A DNA stretch of 64,000 nt, from contig JBAZXG010000004.1 of NCBI GenBank assembly GCA_041660005.1, forward strand, positions 5,720-69,719, read 5' to 3'. Source of the DNA: Patescibacteria group bacterium (GTDB lineage Bacteria > Patescibacteriota > Patescibacteriia > GWA2-46-9). Below, in pieces: positions 23,900 to 33,849 of this stretch (position 1 is its first letter; the number at the start of each line of letters is the position of its first letter). A model generated the notes under the pieces. The model saw nothing but the letters and a program-made list of their open reading frames with translations, was not told where the DNA came from and searched no databases. Position numbers and translations under genes: made by a program.

Positions 23900-24096
23900 C
23901 TCTCTCTCCTCGCCGCCGTAGAACCTAGCGGCTTTTGTTTGTAGCGCAACGACCGTAGCCACCGCGCGATGTTGGTGTTTATACCCAACGGCATGAGCCC
24001 GTCGGTCTCTAACTTCCTTGTCTCTCTTCCTTTTGAGATAGAGGGACGAACTTAATTTGAAATATTTTTCAAAGCAAATTCGTCCCGCCGTCACTT

Positions 24097-24142
24097 TTTT
24101 TAAAGAACCAGGTATAATGACACGTTTGAAGCTTTTTGTCAA
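24097..24142 (-). promoter_or_regulatory. Promoter of islet 2 followed by boxA-like sequence
   Basis: TTGACA-17 nt-CATTAT; GGTTCTTTAAAAA immediately downstream. Confidence 0.5.
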
Positions 24143-24256
24143 TAGTTTTTGAGAGAATGTACTAGCACCTTATTTTTGGCTCTTGCCAAAACTGAAACAC
24201 TTTGGTAAGGTATTTCTGTAAATCCCCCGTCTCGGGGGCTTTTAAAATCCGCAAAT

Positions 24257-24451
24257 ATGACCCTCGCCGACAACCCAATCATCAACTACTTCAAAACCTC
24301 CTACCAGGAACTCACCAAAGTAACCTGGCCAACACGGAAAGAAGCTACCAAGCACTCGCTTCTGGTCATTGCGATCAGTCTTGCGGTAGCGGCCTTCTTT
24401 GGCATTGTTGACTTTCTGTTGTCACGGGGTCTTGAATTGTTACTGCGCTAA
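24257..24451 (+). CDS. secE: Preprotein translocase subunit SecE
   Basis: ELTKVTWPTRKE plus TM; precedes nusG. Confidence 0.93.
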   Translation: MTLADNPIINYFKTSYQELTKVTWPTRKEATKHSLLVIAISLAVAAFFGIVDFLLSRGLELLLR

Positions 24452-24453
24452 CT

Positions 24454-24999
24454 ATGCCAAAGCAAATCGCCGACCAGGGACGCAGATGGTACGTTCTGCA
24501 CACCTACTCGGGCTATGAAGAAAACGTCGAGCGTAACCTTCGCCAGCGCATTGAAACCCTCGGCATGGAAGACAAAATTTTTAATGTACTTATCCCGACC
24601 GAAAGAAAGATAAAAATCAGAAACGGCCGACGACGCGTCGTGACAGAAAAAATTTTCCCTGGGTACGTCATGATTGAAATGTTTGTTACCGATGACTCCT
24701 GGTATGTTGTTCGCAACACGCCCAACGTTACCGGCTTCATCGGCACCGGCACAACACCTACTGCTCTCTCTGACGAAGAAGTGAAGCAAATTCAGAAACG
24801 CATGGGTATTGAAGAACCAAAATACACCATTGATGTTACGCCAGACTCACCGGTTAAAATTGTCGACGGGCCGTTCAAAGACTTCGAGGGCAAAGTCGCT
24901 AGTGTCGACGATGTCCGCGGAAAGGTGAAGGTGCTCGTTTCTATGTTTGGCAGAGAAACACCCGTCGAACTCGACTTCTTGCAAATTCAAAAAACTTAA
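24454..24999 (+). CDS. nusG: Transcription factor NusG
   Basis: [19 protein letters not shown] domain, FGRETPVEL. Confidence 0.97.
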   Translation: MPKQIADQGRRWYVLHTYSGYEENVERNLRQRIETLGMEDKIFNVLIPTERKIKIRNGRRRVVTEKIFPGYVMIEMFVTDDSWYVVRNTPNVTGFIGTGTTPTALSDEEVKQIQKRMGIEEPKYTIDVTPDSPVKIVDGPFKDFEGKVASVDDVRGKVKVLVSMFGRETPVELDFLQIQKT

Positions 25000-25016
25000 C
25001 TGCAACATTAAATTCT

Positions 25017-25439
25017 ATGGCAAAGAAAGTAAAAGCAATTATTAAGCTTCAGATTCCAGCGGGCAAAGCAACCCCGGCGCAGCCGGTTGGTCCGGCACTT
25101 GGTCAGCACGGTCTCAACATTCAAGATTTTTGTTCCAAGTTTAACGCAGCAACAAGAGATCGTGGTGACGAAATTACGCCAGTAGAAATTACGGCCTTTG
25201 AAGACCGTACCTATACTTTCATCTTGAAAACTCCGCCAGCCGCCGAGCTTATCAAAAAAGCCGCCGGTATTGCCAAGGGTTCTGGTAAGCCGCTCCAGGA
25301 AAAAGTTGGCAAAATTTCTCGTGCTCAGGTTAAAGAAATTGCAGAGCGAAAAATGCCGGACTTGAACGCCAACGATATTGAAGCGGCCATGCGCATCATC
25401 GAAGGTACGGCAAAAAACATGGGTGTAACGGTTGAATAA
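25017..25439 (+). CDS. rplK: 50S ribosomal protein L11
   Basis: GKATPA.PVGPALG, KMPDLNA. Confidence 0.97.
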   Translation: MAKKVKAIIKLQIPAGKATPAQPVGPALGQHGLNIQDFCSKFNAATRDRGDEITPVEITAFEDRTYTFILKTPPAAELIKKAAGIAKGSGKPLQEKVGKISRAQVKEIAERKMPDLNANDIEAAMRIIEGTAKNMGVTVE

Positions 25440-25459
25440 CTTTTCTTTTGTTTATTCGG

Positions 25460-25492
25460 GTGGGACCTTGTTTAAACAGGGGCTCGTACCAC
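25460..25492 (+). promoter_or_regulatory. Probable L1-binding autoregulatory RNA
   Basis: GTGGGA-stem-loop-ACCAC between rplK and rplA, the layout of known L1 operators. Confidence 0.6.
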
Positions 25493-25505
25493 TTAATGAA
25501 ACACT

Positions 25506-26189
25506 ATGCCAAAACAAGGCAAACGACATGCGGCCAACACGGCCAAAGTAGAAAAACGGCTTTACACGCCGACAGAAGCTATTGCTCTATTGAAAGAGCT
25601 CAGGCACGCAAAATTCTCTGAATCAGTTGAGCTTCATCTGCGGCTCGGCATTGACCCTAAACAGGGCGAACAGCAAGTCCGCGGAACGCTGACGCTCCCC
25701 CACGGCACCGGCAAGACAAAGAAAGTCGCCGTATTTGCTGAGGGTGAAGCCGAAATGGAGGCAAAAAAAGCTGGCGCTGACATTGTTGGCGGCAAAGAAC
25801 TTATTGATAAAATTCGTACCTCGGGAAAGTGTGAGTTCGATGTTGCGGTTGCGACCCCGGACATGATGGTGAACCTCGCCGGTATTGCAAAAATTCTTGG
25901 ACCCCGCGGTCTCATGCCGTCACCAAAAAACGAAACCGTAACAAAAAATGTGGCAAAAGCTGTAGCGGAACTTAGGAAAGGAAAAATTACTTTCAAAAAT
26001 GACGACACTTCTAATTTGCACCAAGCAATTGGAAAAATAGACCAGCCAGCAAACGAAATACTGGAAAACTTACAGACCTTGCTCGATGCTGTTCGTCGCG
26101 CAAAACCAGCTTCTTCAAAAGGTGTCTACATCAAAGGAGCAACACTGACGACTACCATGGGACCTGGTCTGCAGCTCTCGCTGAGCTAA
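25506..26189 (+). CDS. rplA: 50S ribosomal protein L1
   Basis: VRGT..LPHGTGK, LGPRGLMPSPK, TMGPG. Confidence 0.97.
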   Translation: MPKQGKRHAANTAKVEKRLYTPTEAIALLKELRHAKFSESVELHLRLGIDPKQGEQQVRGTLTLPHGTGKTKKVAVFAEGEAEMEAKKAGADIVGGKELIDKIRTSGKCEFDVAVATPDMMVNLAGIAKILGPRGLMPSPKNETVTKNVAKAVAELRKGKITFKNDDTSNLHQAIGKIDQPANEILENLQTLLDAVRRAKPASSKGVYIKGATLTTTMGPGLQLSLS

Positions 26190-26259
26190 TACCCGGCGAC
26201 CCCAAACACTCAAAGAGTCAACTTTGTCTCGCTCCGGCTATTTGCTACAATAGCATCCT

Positions 26260-26853
26260 ATGGCGAGCAAAAAACTGCAAAAAAAAGTTATCGGCCTAAC
26301 TGGCCCCAAAGGGAGCGGTAAAGGCACCGTGGCCCGCTATTTTGCGCAGCACTACGGTGCGAGCACTATTAGTGGCTCAGATCTTCTGAATGAAATGTTG
26401 GCTGTTGTTGGCATAGAACGTACGCGAGTAAACCAAATAAACCTCGTACAAGCCCTTCGTAAAACATTTGGTTCTGACGTGCTCGGGCGAGCCGCACAAG
26501 CAGCGCTTCGTCGGCTGCCTCCTAACAAACAGCGGCTTGTTGTCATCGACAATATTCGACCACGCGAAGATTGGGATCCGTGGCGCAGCAAAACTAACAC
26601 CGTACTCATTGCCATCACGGCGAAACCTAAAATACGGTTCGAACGCTTACGAAAACGCGGAAAAACTAAAGAGGAAAAAACACTAACCTATGCCCGTTTC
26701 CTTAACGAAGAAGCCCTGCCGACAGAAACAAAAACTATTCAAAAGACAAGTCGGCTAGCAAACTTCACTATTGATGCAAATGGTTCGCGAAAAAACGTCT
26801 ACCAGCAGATTGATCGCATTGCTGCAAAACTCAAACTAAAAAGAACTCAATAA
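26260..26853 (+). CDS. P-loop nucleotide kinase (dephospho-CoA kinase-like fold)
   Basis: IGLTGPKGSGKGT, IDNIR, RFERL. Confidence 0.75.
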   Translation: MASKKLQKKVIGLTGPKGSGKGTVARYFAQHYGASTISGSDLLNEMLAVVGIERTRVNQINLVQALRKTFGSDVLGRAAQAALRRLPPNKQRLVVIDNIRPREDWDPWRSKTNTVLIAITAKPKIRFERLRKRGKTKEEKTLTYARFLNEEALPTETKTIQKTSRLANFTIDANGSRKNVYQQIDRIAAKLKLKRTQ

Positions 26854-26855
26854 CC

Positions 26856-27959
26856 ATGGCTCTCCCCTATCAACGCATTAAAGCACTCGCTCGCGACGGA
26901 GCAATTTTGAGCTCAGCCGAGAGCATTAATGAGCAGCAGTTTCAACCTGCATCGCTCGACTGCACGCTCGGGGAAAAGGTGTATCGCATCTCATCCGGCT
27001 TTCTTCCCAAAGAAAATGAAACTGTTGCTGAACTCCTAAAAGAGCGCACGCTCTATGACTTTGCGCTGAAACCCGGAACGATCCTTGAGACGAATACCCC
27101 CTACATCATTCCTTTGCAAGAGTCGCTGGCTCTACCGGAAGCACTGACTGCCATTGCCAGCCCCAAAAGCTCAATTGGTCGGGTGGACGTCTTTGTTCGC
27201 GTCATTAGCGACAACAACCCGCAGTACGATTCTGTGCCAGCGGGTTACCATGGGCCACTTTACCTTGAAATTATTCCACTGACCTTTGCTATTCGCGTCT
27301 CTCCGGGTCTCGCTATGACGCAACTGCGTTTTCGAGATAATAACGAACATTTTCCAACCACAACTGAAATGCGGGCAATCCATAAAGAGCAATCGTTAAT
27401 TTTGAGCGAAAACGGAGAGCCATTACCCGCTGACGGCCTCCGGCTGAGAGACAATGTCCTATCTTTTACGGTTGACCTCACTGGTTCAGAAATTGTCGGC
27501 TACCGTGCAAAGCATTATGTAAACAAACTGCTCGATCTCACTAAAATCAATGAACACGAGACCGAGCTCTTTTGGCATCAGATTGATCGACAACCGGACG
27601 GCGAACTTATTCTAGAACCAAACTCCTTTTACATTATCGCCACAAAAGAACGAGTACGTGTTCCGGCAAACATGGCAGCAGAAATTATGCCCTACGACCC
27701 TTCAACAGGAGAGCTGCGCTCCCACTACGCCGGCTTTTTCGACCCGGGTTTTGGCTGTGGCAGTGACGGAACCATGCATGGGAACATTGTGGTACTCGAA
27801 GTTCGAGCGCACAGCGCCCCCTTCCGGCTGACAGACGGTCAAGTAATCTGTAAGATGATGTTTGAGCACCTTACCGAACTGCCAGAAAAAACCTACGGAT
27901 CTCTTATCGGTTCCACCTACACCGATACAAAAATTCGCTTGAGTAAATACTTTGTCTAA
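26856..27959 (+). CDS. dcd: dCTP deaminase (long two-domain type)
   Basis: QPASLD, SPKSSIGRVD, HYAGFFDPGFG, LEVR. Confidence 0.9.
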   Translation: MALPYQRIKALARDGAILSSAESINEQQFQPASLDCTLGEKVYRISSGFLPKENETVAELLKERTLYDFALKPGTILETNTPYIIPLQESLALPEALTAIASPKSSIGRVDVFVRVISDNNPQYDSVPAGYHGPLYLEIIPLTFAIRVSPGLAMTQLRFRDNNEHFPTTTEMRAIHKEQSLILSENGEPLPADGLRLRDNVLSFTVDLTGSEIVGYRAKHYVNKLLDLTKINEHETELFWHQIDRQPDGELILEPNSFYIIATKERVRVPANMAAEIMPYDPSTGELRSHYAGFFDPGFGCGSDGTMHGNIVVLEVRAHSAPFRLTDGQVICKMMFEHLTELPEKTYGSLIGSTYTDTKIRLSKYFV

Positions 27960-27960
27960 T

Positions 27961-29490
27961 ATGGAAAGCCAAGCCAAACGAGATGTGTTTGCCATTACCG
28001 GCCTGACGCCAGAAGTTCTGGCGGTCGCGATGGCAAAGTATAGCCGGTCAAAAAATTCGATCCGCGATACAATCGACGAGCTAACCGAGGAAAAGTCTGC
28101 GCAATTTCACGAAAAATGGGTGCTGGGGTATGGCGACGCTTCAGTGGCAGACATGGCAATTATTGCCATTGCTTGCGAAAACGTCTCTATTATTGCCTCA
28201 AAAGCCATAGAGGACACGCGCCTCGCCTCGTTTCAGGAAAAATCAACCCGCTACGTTGACTTTGATTCCTCGAAATATCATCGCCCCAAAGCGGCCATGA
28301 TGCGCCATGCTGAACTTTACGAAAAAACCGTAAATCATCTTTTTACCATGTATAACACGCTACTTGAAAAGATGATTCCCTATCTTCGCAAACGCATCCC
28401 TCGGCCAGCGGACACAACTGACAAACTCTACGAAGCAAAGCTGAAAGCCCGCTCACTCGATGCCGTGCGCTACCTCTTGCCAGTTGCCACGCTTACAAAC
28501 TTCGGGATGATTATGAGCGCTCGCTCGCTCCGTCATTTGATTTCAAAACTCAAGGGAAACGCTTACGAAGAAGTGCGCGAACTAGCCGAAGAGATTCAAG
28601 CAGCGGCACTAGAGCCAGCGTATAACCCACAAATAAAAAAACTACAGGAACCACTTGAGGCCCTGAAGAGTATGGGCACTGTTACCGCAAACATAGCTGA
28701 ACAAATTACCAGCATCGCTTCACTGCAAGTCAAGGGTGCGCCAACACTCATTAAACATACAGAAGCTTCACAGTACCATGCTGAGACACAAGTATATCTG
28801 AACAGCATCGCTACTGAACTGCTTGGTAGTGCTGCAATTGAAGACGCACCGCGAGTTGACTATCTTGAAGAACATTCTTACGAAGACGAACTTATCACGA
28901 CACTCGTTTACAGTGCCTGCAGCTATCCGTACCGTCAAATTCTTGCTCGTGTACAACCACTTACCCAAGAAAAAAAGCAGGAAATTTTAGACGCTCTCGC
29001 TAAACTACGCGGAACTTTTGACTACCCACGAAGGGAGTACGAAATTGGTGGGCAGTTCGTATTTGATATACTCATGGACTACGGCGCATTTCGTGACCTG
29101 CAACGACACCGCATCTGTACACAAATAAACCAGCCCCTAACAACGCAGCATGGCTATGAAGTTCCGTTTGAATTTCGCGATGCCGGTTTGGAACACGAAT
29201 TTACTGCCGCCATTGACGAAGCCCTCAAAGTTCACGCCATGATTTCTAAAAATATTGGCACTGAAGCAGACTATCTTATTCCTCTGGCTTGCAAGAAAAG
29301 AACATTATTCAAAATGAACTTGCGAGAACTTCACCACATGGTGGAACTGCGCTCAAAGCCGGGTGGGCACATGTCGTACCGAACGGTTGTTGTTGACATG
29401 CTCGACGCCGTACAAAAACGCCATCCGCTACTCGGAAAACACGTACGCGTATCAAAGCTGAACTATGATGAAGACTTCTTCAAACGCTAA
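27961..29490 (+). CDS. thyX: FAD-dependent thymidylate synthase, tandem-domain type
   Basis: YSRS, EKSTRY, RYLLP, FRDLQRHR, ELRS...GH.SYR. Confidence 0.85.
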   Translation: MESQAKRDVFAITGLTPEVLAVAMAKYSRSKNSIRDTIDELTEEKSAQFHEKWVLGYGDASVADMAIIAIACENVSIIASKAIEDTRLASFQEKSTRYVDFDSSKYHRPKAAMMRHAELYEKTVNHLFTMYNTLLEKMIPYLRKRIPRPADTTDKLYEAKLKARSLDAVRYLLPVATLTNFGMIMSARSLRHLISKLKGNAYEEVRELAEEIQAAALEPAYNPQIKKLQEPLEALKSMGTVTANIAEQITSIASLQVKGAPTLIKHTEASQYHAETQVYLNSIATELLGSAAIEDAPRVDYLEEHSYEDELITTLVYSACSYPYRQILARVQPLTQEKKQEILDALAKLRGTFDYPRREYEIGGQFVFDILMDYGAFRDLQRHRICTQINQPLTTQHGYEVPFEFRDAGLEHEFTAAIDEALKVHAMISKNIGTEADYLIPLACKKRTLFKMNLRELHHMVELRSKPGGHMSYRTVVVDMLDAVQKRHPLLGKHVRVSKLNYDEDFFKR

Positions 29491-30178
29491 GCTACGGAAA
29501 AAAAATAGAGGACGGCTTATCGTCATTGACGGAACAGACGGTACAGGAAAAGCCACGCAAACTGCACTCCTTGTAAAAAAATTGCGCGCACAGGGTCAGC
29601 GCGTCGCTGTCGCAGACTTTCCACGCTACGGTCTGCCTTCCGCCTACTTTGTCGAGCAGTATCTCAACGGCAAGTATGGGTCGTCAAAAGAGATTCACCC
29701 GCAAACCGCTTCTCTTTTTTATGCACTAGATAGGTATGACGCGAAAGAGCGCATGATAAAGCAGTTGAACGAAGGTAACATTGTGGTATCAAATCGTTTT
29801 GTGACTGCCAATATGGGACACCAGGGCGGGAAAATTCAATCTCAGAAAGAACGCAATAAATTTTACGCTTGGCTAGACTGGCTTGAGCATGACCTTCTTG
29901 GCCTTCCCCGACCTGACCTCACTATCATTCTGCACGTCCCCGCAGCAGTGGCACAGCGTCTTATAGACCGCAAGGGACGACGTGACTATATTCGCGGCAA
30001 ACGCGATATTCACGAAGACGACCTCGGGCATCTTAAAGCAGCTGAGCGAACCTACCTCGAGATCGTACGGCGCTTTCCAAAGTTCCTCTTGATTGAATGC
30101 ATGCGCAAGGGCTCAATGTTAACCCCCGAAGAAGTACATGAAAAAATTTGGAGTAACCTCAGAAACGTACTAAGCTAA
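29465..30178 (+). CDS. tmk: Thymidylate kinase
   Basis: DGTDGTGKATQ, FPRY, YALDR, PDL. Confidence 0.9.
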   Translation: MMKTSSNAKLRKKNRGRLIVIDGTDGTGKATQTALLVKKLRAQGQRVAVADFPRYGLPSAYFVEQYLNGKYGSSKEIHPQTASLFYALDRYDAKERMIKQLNEGNIVVSNRFVTANMGHQGGKIQSQKERNKFYAWLDWLEHDLLGLPRPDLTIILHVPAAVAQRLIDRKGRRDYIRGKRDIHEDDLGHLKAAERTYLEIVRRFPKFLLIECMRKGSMLTPEEVHEKIWSNLRNVLS

Positions 30179-30183
30179 CCACC

Positions 30184-31728
30184 ATGAGCAGCACAAAATA
30201 CATACCTGTTATTGGCATGGAGGTACACGCCGAACTAAAGACAAACTCTAAAATGTTTTGCCGCTGCCTTAATGATTTTGGGCTTGAAGAGAAACCAAAT
30301 GTTAATGTTTGTCCGGTCTGCCTTGGCCACCCGGGTGCACTTCCGGTCGCAAATATTGAAGCGGTTAAAATGGTTATTAAAGTTGGCCTAGCACTCGGCG
30401 CTGACATTGCCAGGGTTTCAAAATTTGACCGTAAAAACTACTTTTATCCTGACCTCCCAAAGGGCTACCAAATAAGCCAGTACGACCAGCCACTAACCCA
30501 GCACGGTACGCTGGAGGCCAACGGCAAGGCCATAGCCATTACGCGGGTGCACCTTGAGGAAGATACCGGTAAACTGCAGCATCCGGACGGTGCAGAGTAC
30601 TCTCTAGTTGATTTTAACCGATCCGGCGTTCCTTTAATGGAGCTCGTTACTGAGCCTGATATTACCGGAGCCGCAGAGGCAAAAAAATTCTGCCAGGAGC
30701 TACAAATTTTGTTGCGTGCACTTGATGTGTCTGGTGCTGACATGGAAAAGGGGCAGATGCGCTGCGAAGCAAATATTTCGCTCATGCCCGCAAATAAGGA
30801 GCGCAAACCGGAAAATTTTGGCACCAAGGTTGAGGTCAAAAACCTGAACTCGTTTCGAGCAGTCGAGCGCGCCATCGAATATGAAATTACTCGCCAGGAA
30901 GCGGCGCTCGAGGCCGGTGAACTAGTACTCCAAGAAACGCGCGGGTGGAACGATAGCAAACAAGAAACATATTCGCAGCGCAGTAAAGAATCAGCGCATG
31001 ACTACCGCTACTTCCCTGAGCCAGATTTGCCACCAATGGTCTTGGGTCAAATTGACAAGCCGCAACCAGGCGCAATAGTCATTTCAATTGAAGACATTAA
31101 AGCAACGCTACCCGAACTACCGCAGCAACGTCGTGCAAGATTTATGGAAGAATACGCATTTTCAAAAGAAGATGCACATCTCCTCTCTTCGGATTTTGCA
31201 CTCGCCCATTTTACAGAAAATATCTTTGCAGAAATCAAAGGATGGCTAACGACACTTGAAGGAGTCGAAGGCGATGCTGAAGAAATTTGGGAGAAAGAAA
31301 AAAAGAAAGTCGGCAAGCTTGTGTCTGGATGGCTGACGAGCGAACTCTTTAAGCTGATGAATGAAAAAAAATTGACCATCACGGATATAAAGATTACGCC
31401 GACTGCGTTTGCTGGTTTTTTGAAACTTGTCTTTGAACGCAAGGTTAACAGCTCTGCAGCACAAATAGTTCTGCGCGAAATGTTTGAGACCGGTAAAGAC
31501 CCTGAAACGGTGTTAGAAGAAAAGGACTTGCACCAGGTGCACGACAGCGCTTCACTAGATGGAGTTATTGAAAAAATTATCACGGCAAACCCCGGACCTA
31601 TTGCCGACTATAAATCAGGTAAAGAAAACGCCCTGCAGTACCTCATTGGCCAGGGAATGAAAGAGGCCAAAGGTAAGGCAAACCCGGAGAAACTAAAGGA
31701 AATGATTAAGGCAAAGCTCGCCGAGTAG
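30184..31728 (+). CDS. gatB: Asp/Glu-tRNA amidotransferase subunit B
   Basis: GMEVHAEL, RKNYFYPDLPKGYQISQ, EVKNLNS, YRYFPEPDL. Confidence 0.97.
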   Translation: MSSTKYIPVIGMEVHAELKTNSKMFCRCLNDFGLEEKPNVNVCPVCLGHPGALPVANIEAVKMVIKVGLALGADIARVSKFDRKNYFYPDLPKGYQISQYDQPLTQHGTLEANGKAIAITRVHLEEDTGKLQHPDGAEYSLVDFNRSGVPLMELVTEPDITGAAEAKKFCQELQILLRALDVSGADMEKGQMRCEANISLMPANKERKPENFGTKVEVKNLNSFRAVERAIEYEITRQEAALEAGELVLQETRGWNDSKQETYSQRSKESAHDYRYFPEPDLPPMVLGQIDKPQPGAIVISIEDIKATLPELPQQRRARFMEEYAFSKEDAHLLSSDFALAHFTENIFAEIKGWLTTLEGVEGDAEEIWEKEKKKVGKLVSGWLTSELFKLMNEKKLTITDIKITPTAFAGFLKLVFERKVNSSAAQIVLREMFETGKDPETVLEEKDLHQVHDSASLDGVIEKIITANPGPIADYKSGKENALQYLIGQGMKEAKGKANPEKLKEMIKAKLAE

Positions 31729-31766
31729 TGTGTGGATAAGTCATAAACGCCAGTGTTTACTAGGCG

Positions 31767-31795
31767 TTGACGCAAGACACAAACGCTGATAGCAT
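31767..31795 (+). promoter_or_regulatory. Sigma70-type promoter of islet 3
   Basis: TTGACG-17 nt-TAGCAT with TGn extension. Confidence 0.6.
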
Positions 31796-31805
31796 ACGTC
31801 AGGGT

Positions 31806-31880
31806 ATGCATATACCAAAGAAACAATTTCGAAACATAAACAGGGCTTAAATCTTCCCCGATCGTGGGGATTTTTTTTTG
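31806..31880 (+). promoter_or_regulatory. Putative attenuator: 14-aa uORF MHIPKKQFRNINRA abutting a terminator
   Basis: ATG 31806 to TAA 31850; TCCCC-GATCGT-GGGGA then T9. Confidence 0.5.
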
Positions 31881-31906
31881 CCCAAAAAAGGCAACGGAGG
31901 GACACC

Positions 31907-32527
31907 ATGAACGTTCGATCTTTACAGGCGAGGTTCGAAGACCTCTTCAACGAAACAAGGCTTGGCCACCGCTGGCTTCTCGTTGCGGCTATCGCTGACT
32001 GGGCTCTGCGAGCAACCGAGAGAGAGTTCTCCCAAGTGGTCGCGTTCGTCAAAGAACGCGAGGATGTCTGGGCATGGACAGCCGAGACTACTCGAGCACA
32101 CGCGCAGACCAAGGGCGATCCTCATTTCGGCTGGGCGCTCAACGCCGAAACCGCAATACAGGACGTTGGGTCTAATCTCACGCAAAAGCTAGAGGTGAGC
32201 CGAACGACCTGCGAGGCCATCGAGGTTCTTGCCCAACTGGCGATCCAGTGCGCGCTCGACACACGCTCGCCGCTTGCGGCAGAACTGATCTGTGAGTTGA
32301 TCGCCCTCGCTGCGGTAATGCCAAACGACACGACTGGGATCGTTCGGGGAGGAAGGCCTCTCATGTGGACGGTTGCGACAGCATCGTCACACTACGGCCC
32401 AGACGAGGTACGCTACGGCGACGACGCCCTGCTCATCGAAGAACGCCGACATATCCTCGAAGGCGCAGCCACGCTGCGTCACAACCCCGGAGTGGCAACG
32501 CCACTCTACGAAGGCCGATCACCATGA
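31907..32527 (+). CDS. Hypothetical helical protein (GC-rich, SD-led)
   Basis: GGAGG SD, 206-aa ORF; 12-bp hairpin 32510-32536 overlaps the stop. Confidence 0.75.
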   Translation: MNVRSLQARFEDLFNETRLGHRWLLVAAIADWALRATEREFSQVVAFVKEREDVWAWTAETTRAHAQTKGDPHFGWALNAETAIQDVGSNLTQKLEVSRTTCEAIEVLAQLAIQCALDTRSPLAAELICELIALAAVMPNDTTGIVRGGRPLMWTVATASSHYGPDEVRYGDDALLIEERRHILEGAATLRHNPGVATPLYEGRSP

Positions 32528-32543
32528 TCGGCCTTCACTCCTT

Positions 32544-33446
32544 TCATAACCTTAACCAATCCTTGGTTAGCTTCTTTGCTTCTTCAGCGCTATCTGTCCA
32601 AAAAATACTTTTATCTCTTTTCCACCACGTCATTTGCCGTTTGGCGTACTGGTAGGTATGAGTAACAATTTTTTCTATACATTCTTCCTTTGAAATTTTT
32701 TTGTCCAGATACAAGGCAACTTCTGGATAACCAATACCACTCATAGAAGGCAATGATAAATCGTAGCGCCTTCGAAGCCGCCTCGTTTCTTCAATTAAAC
32801 CGTGAGTCATCATTTGCCTCACACGCTTATCAATGCGCTCACGCAATATCGTACGGTCCATTTGAATGCCAAGTTTTAAAACATCGTAATGCATTCCTTT
32901 TTTCGTTCTGCCGGTAATCGACGAGTTACCAATAGCACTTGCCACTTCTATAGCACGAATAACTCTCCGAGCGTTTTTAGCGTCAACTCGCGCTGAAACT
33001 AAAGGATCAAGACGCTCTAATTTTTCAACCAAATGCGACAAACCATGTTTTTCAAGCTCACGCTCGAGTTTTGTCCTCAATTTTTTATCTGGTGGAATTT
33101 GTGGCACATCCCAATTTTCTACCAGCGCATCAATAAAAAGCGCTGTTCCGCCAACAACTATCGGCAGTTTTTTGCGCTTATGAATTAGAGCAATCGCTTT
33201 TGCAGCATCCTCCTTAAACCTTTGAACAGAATACGGTTTGTCAGGGTCAACAATACTAACAAGCTGCTGCTTTATACCGCGTGGCGGGACAAGTTTAGCG
33301 GTGGCAACGTCCATTCCACGGTAGACTTGCCTCGAATCAGCAGAAATAAGTTCGCCTTGAAATTTTCGAGCAAGCTTAATAGCGAGATCAGATTTTCCCG
33401 ATGCAGTTGGACCAAGAATAACTAAAACTTTTTTCTGATTAATCAC
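32544..33446 (-). CDS. miaA: tRNA dimethylallyltransferase
   Basis: GPTASGKS, SADSRQVY, VGGT, YAKRQMTW. Confidence 0.95.
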   Translation of the reverse strand: MINQKKVLVILGPTASGKSDLAIKLARKFQGELISADSRQVYRGMDVATAKLVPPRGIKQQLVSIVDPDKPYSVQRFKEDAAKAIALIHKRKKLPIVVGGTALFIDALVENWDVPQIPPDKKLRTKLERELEKHGLSHLVEKLERLDPLVSARVDAKNARRVIRAIEVASAIGNSSITGRTKKGMHYDVLKLGIQMDRTILRERIDKRVRQMMTHGLIEETRRLRRRYDLSLPSMSGIGYPEVALYLDKKISKEECIEKIVTHTYQYAKRQMTWWKRDKSIFWTDSAEEAKKLTKDWLRL

Positions 33447-33550
33447 TACGCAATACTAACTTAATAAGATAAATCGCTCAAGAACAGAAAAAACCCTATT
33501 CGGGTTTATCGATCTTACAAATGGCTATTTGCCACTAGCCATTTGCTAAC

Positions 33551-33706
33551 TTATATATTCGCCCAAAGAACCAAAGAAATAAAAAGTGTAAGTGCACTAC
33601 CGAATACGAAAAAATTATCGTCAATGGTTTCTAGCCACCGCTGAACGCCTGTTGTTTTTAAAATGGGGAAAAATACACCAAAAGTACCAGCCAAGAGCTC
33701 GCGCAT
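33551..33706 (-). CDS. Small 51-aa membrane protein (below ORF track cut-off)
   Basis: MRELLAGTFGVFFPILKTTGVQRWLETIDDNFFVFGSALTLFISLVLWANI; TATAAT upstream, terminator AAACCC-GAATA-GGGTTTTTTT at about 33487-33507. Confidence 0.5.
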   Translation of the reverse strand: MRELLAGTFGVFFPILKTTGVQRWLETIDDNFFVFGSALTLFISLVLWANI

Positions 33707-33784
33707 ACTTTTATTTTTTGTTTTATTTTACGAACTTTACGAACGTATTATATAGTATAGCGTATTTTTTCAAAAAAATCAAGT

Positions 33785-33830
33785 TAAAAACGATTGAGCC
33801 GGTGCAGTCCTCCTTGATCTGCACCGGCTC
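33785..33830 (-). terminator. 3' hairpin of islet 4
   Basis: GAGCCGGTGCAG...CTGCACCGGCTC 12-bp stem. Confidence 0.7.
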
Positions 33831-33849
33831 CCTCTCGTAAATTGATTGC

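Noticed and set aside
23900-24142. 81-codon in-frame extension of the Cys-rich ORF
   Set aside because: Its TTG start is the -35 hexamer and a strong SD precedes ATG 23899.
24143-24256. tRNA-Trp often found before secE
   Set aside because: No cloverleaf or TTC-loop signature seen.
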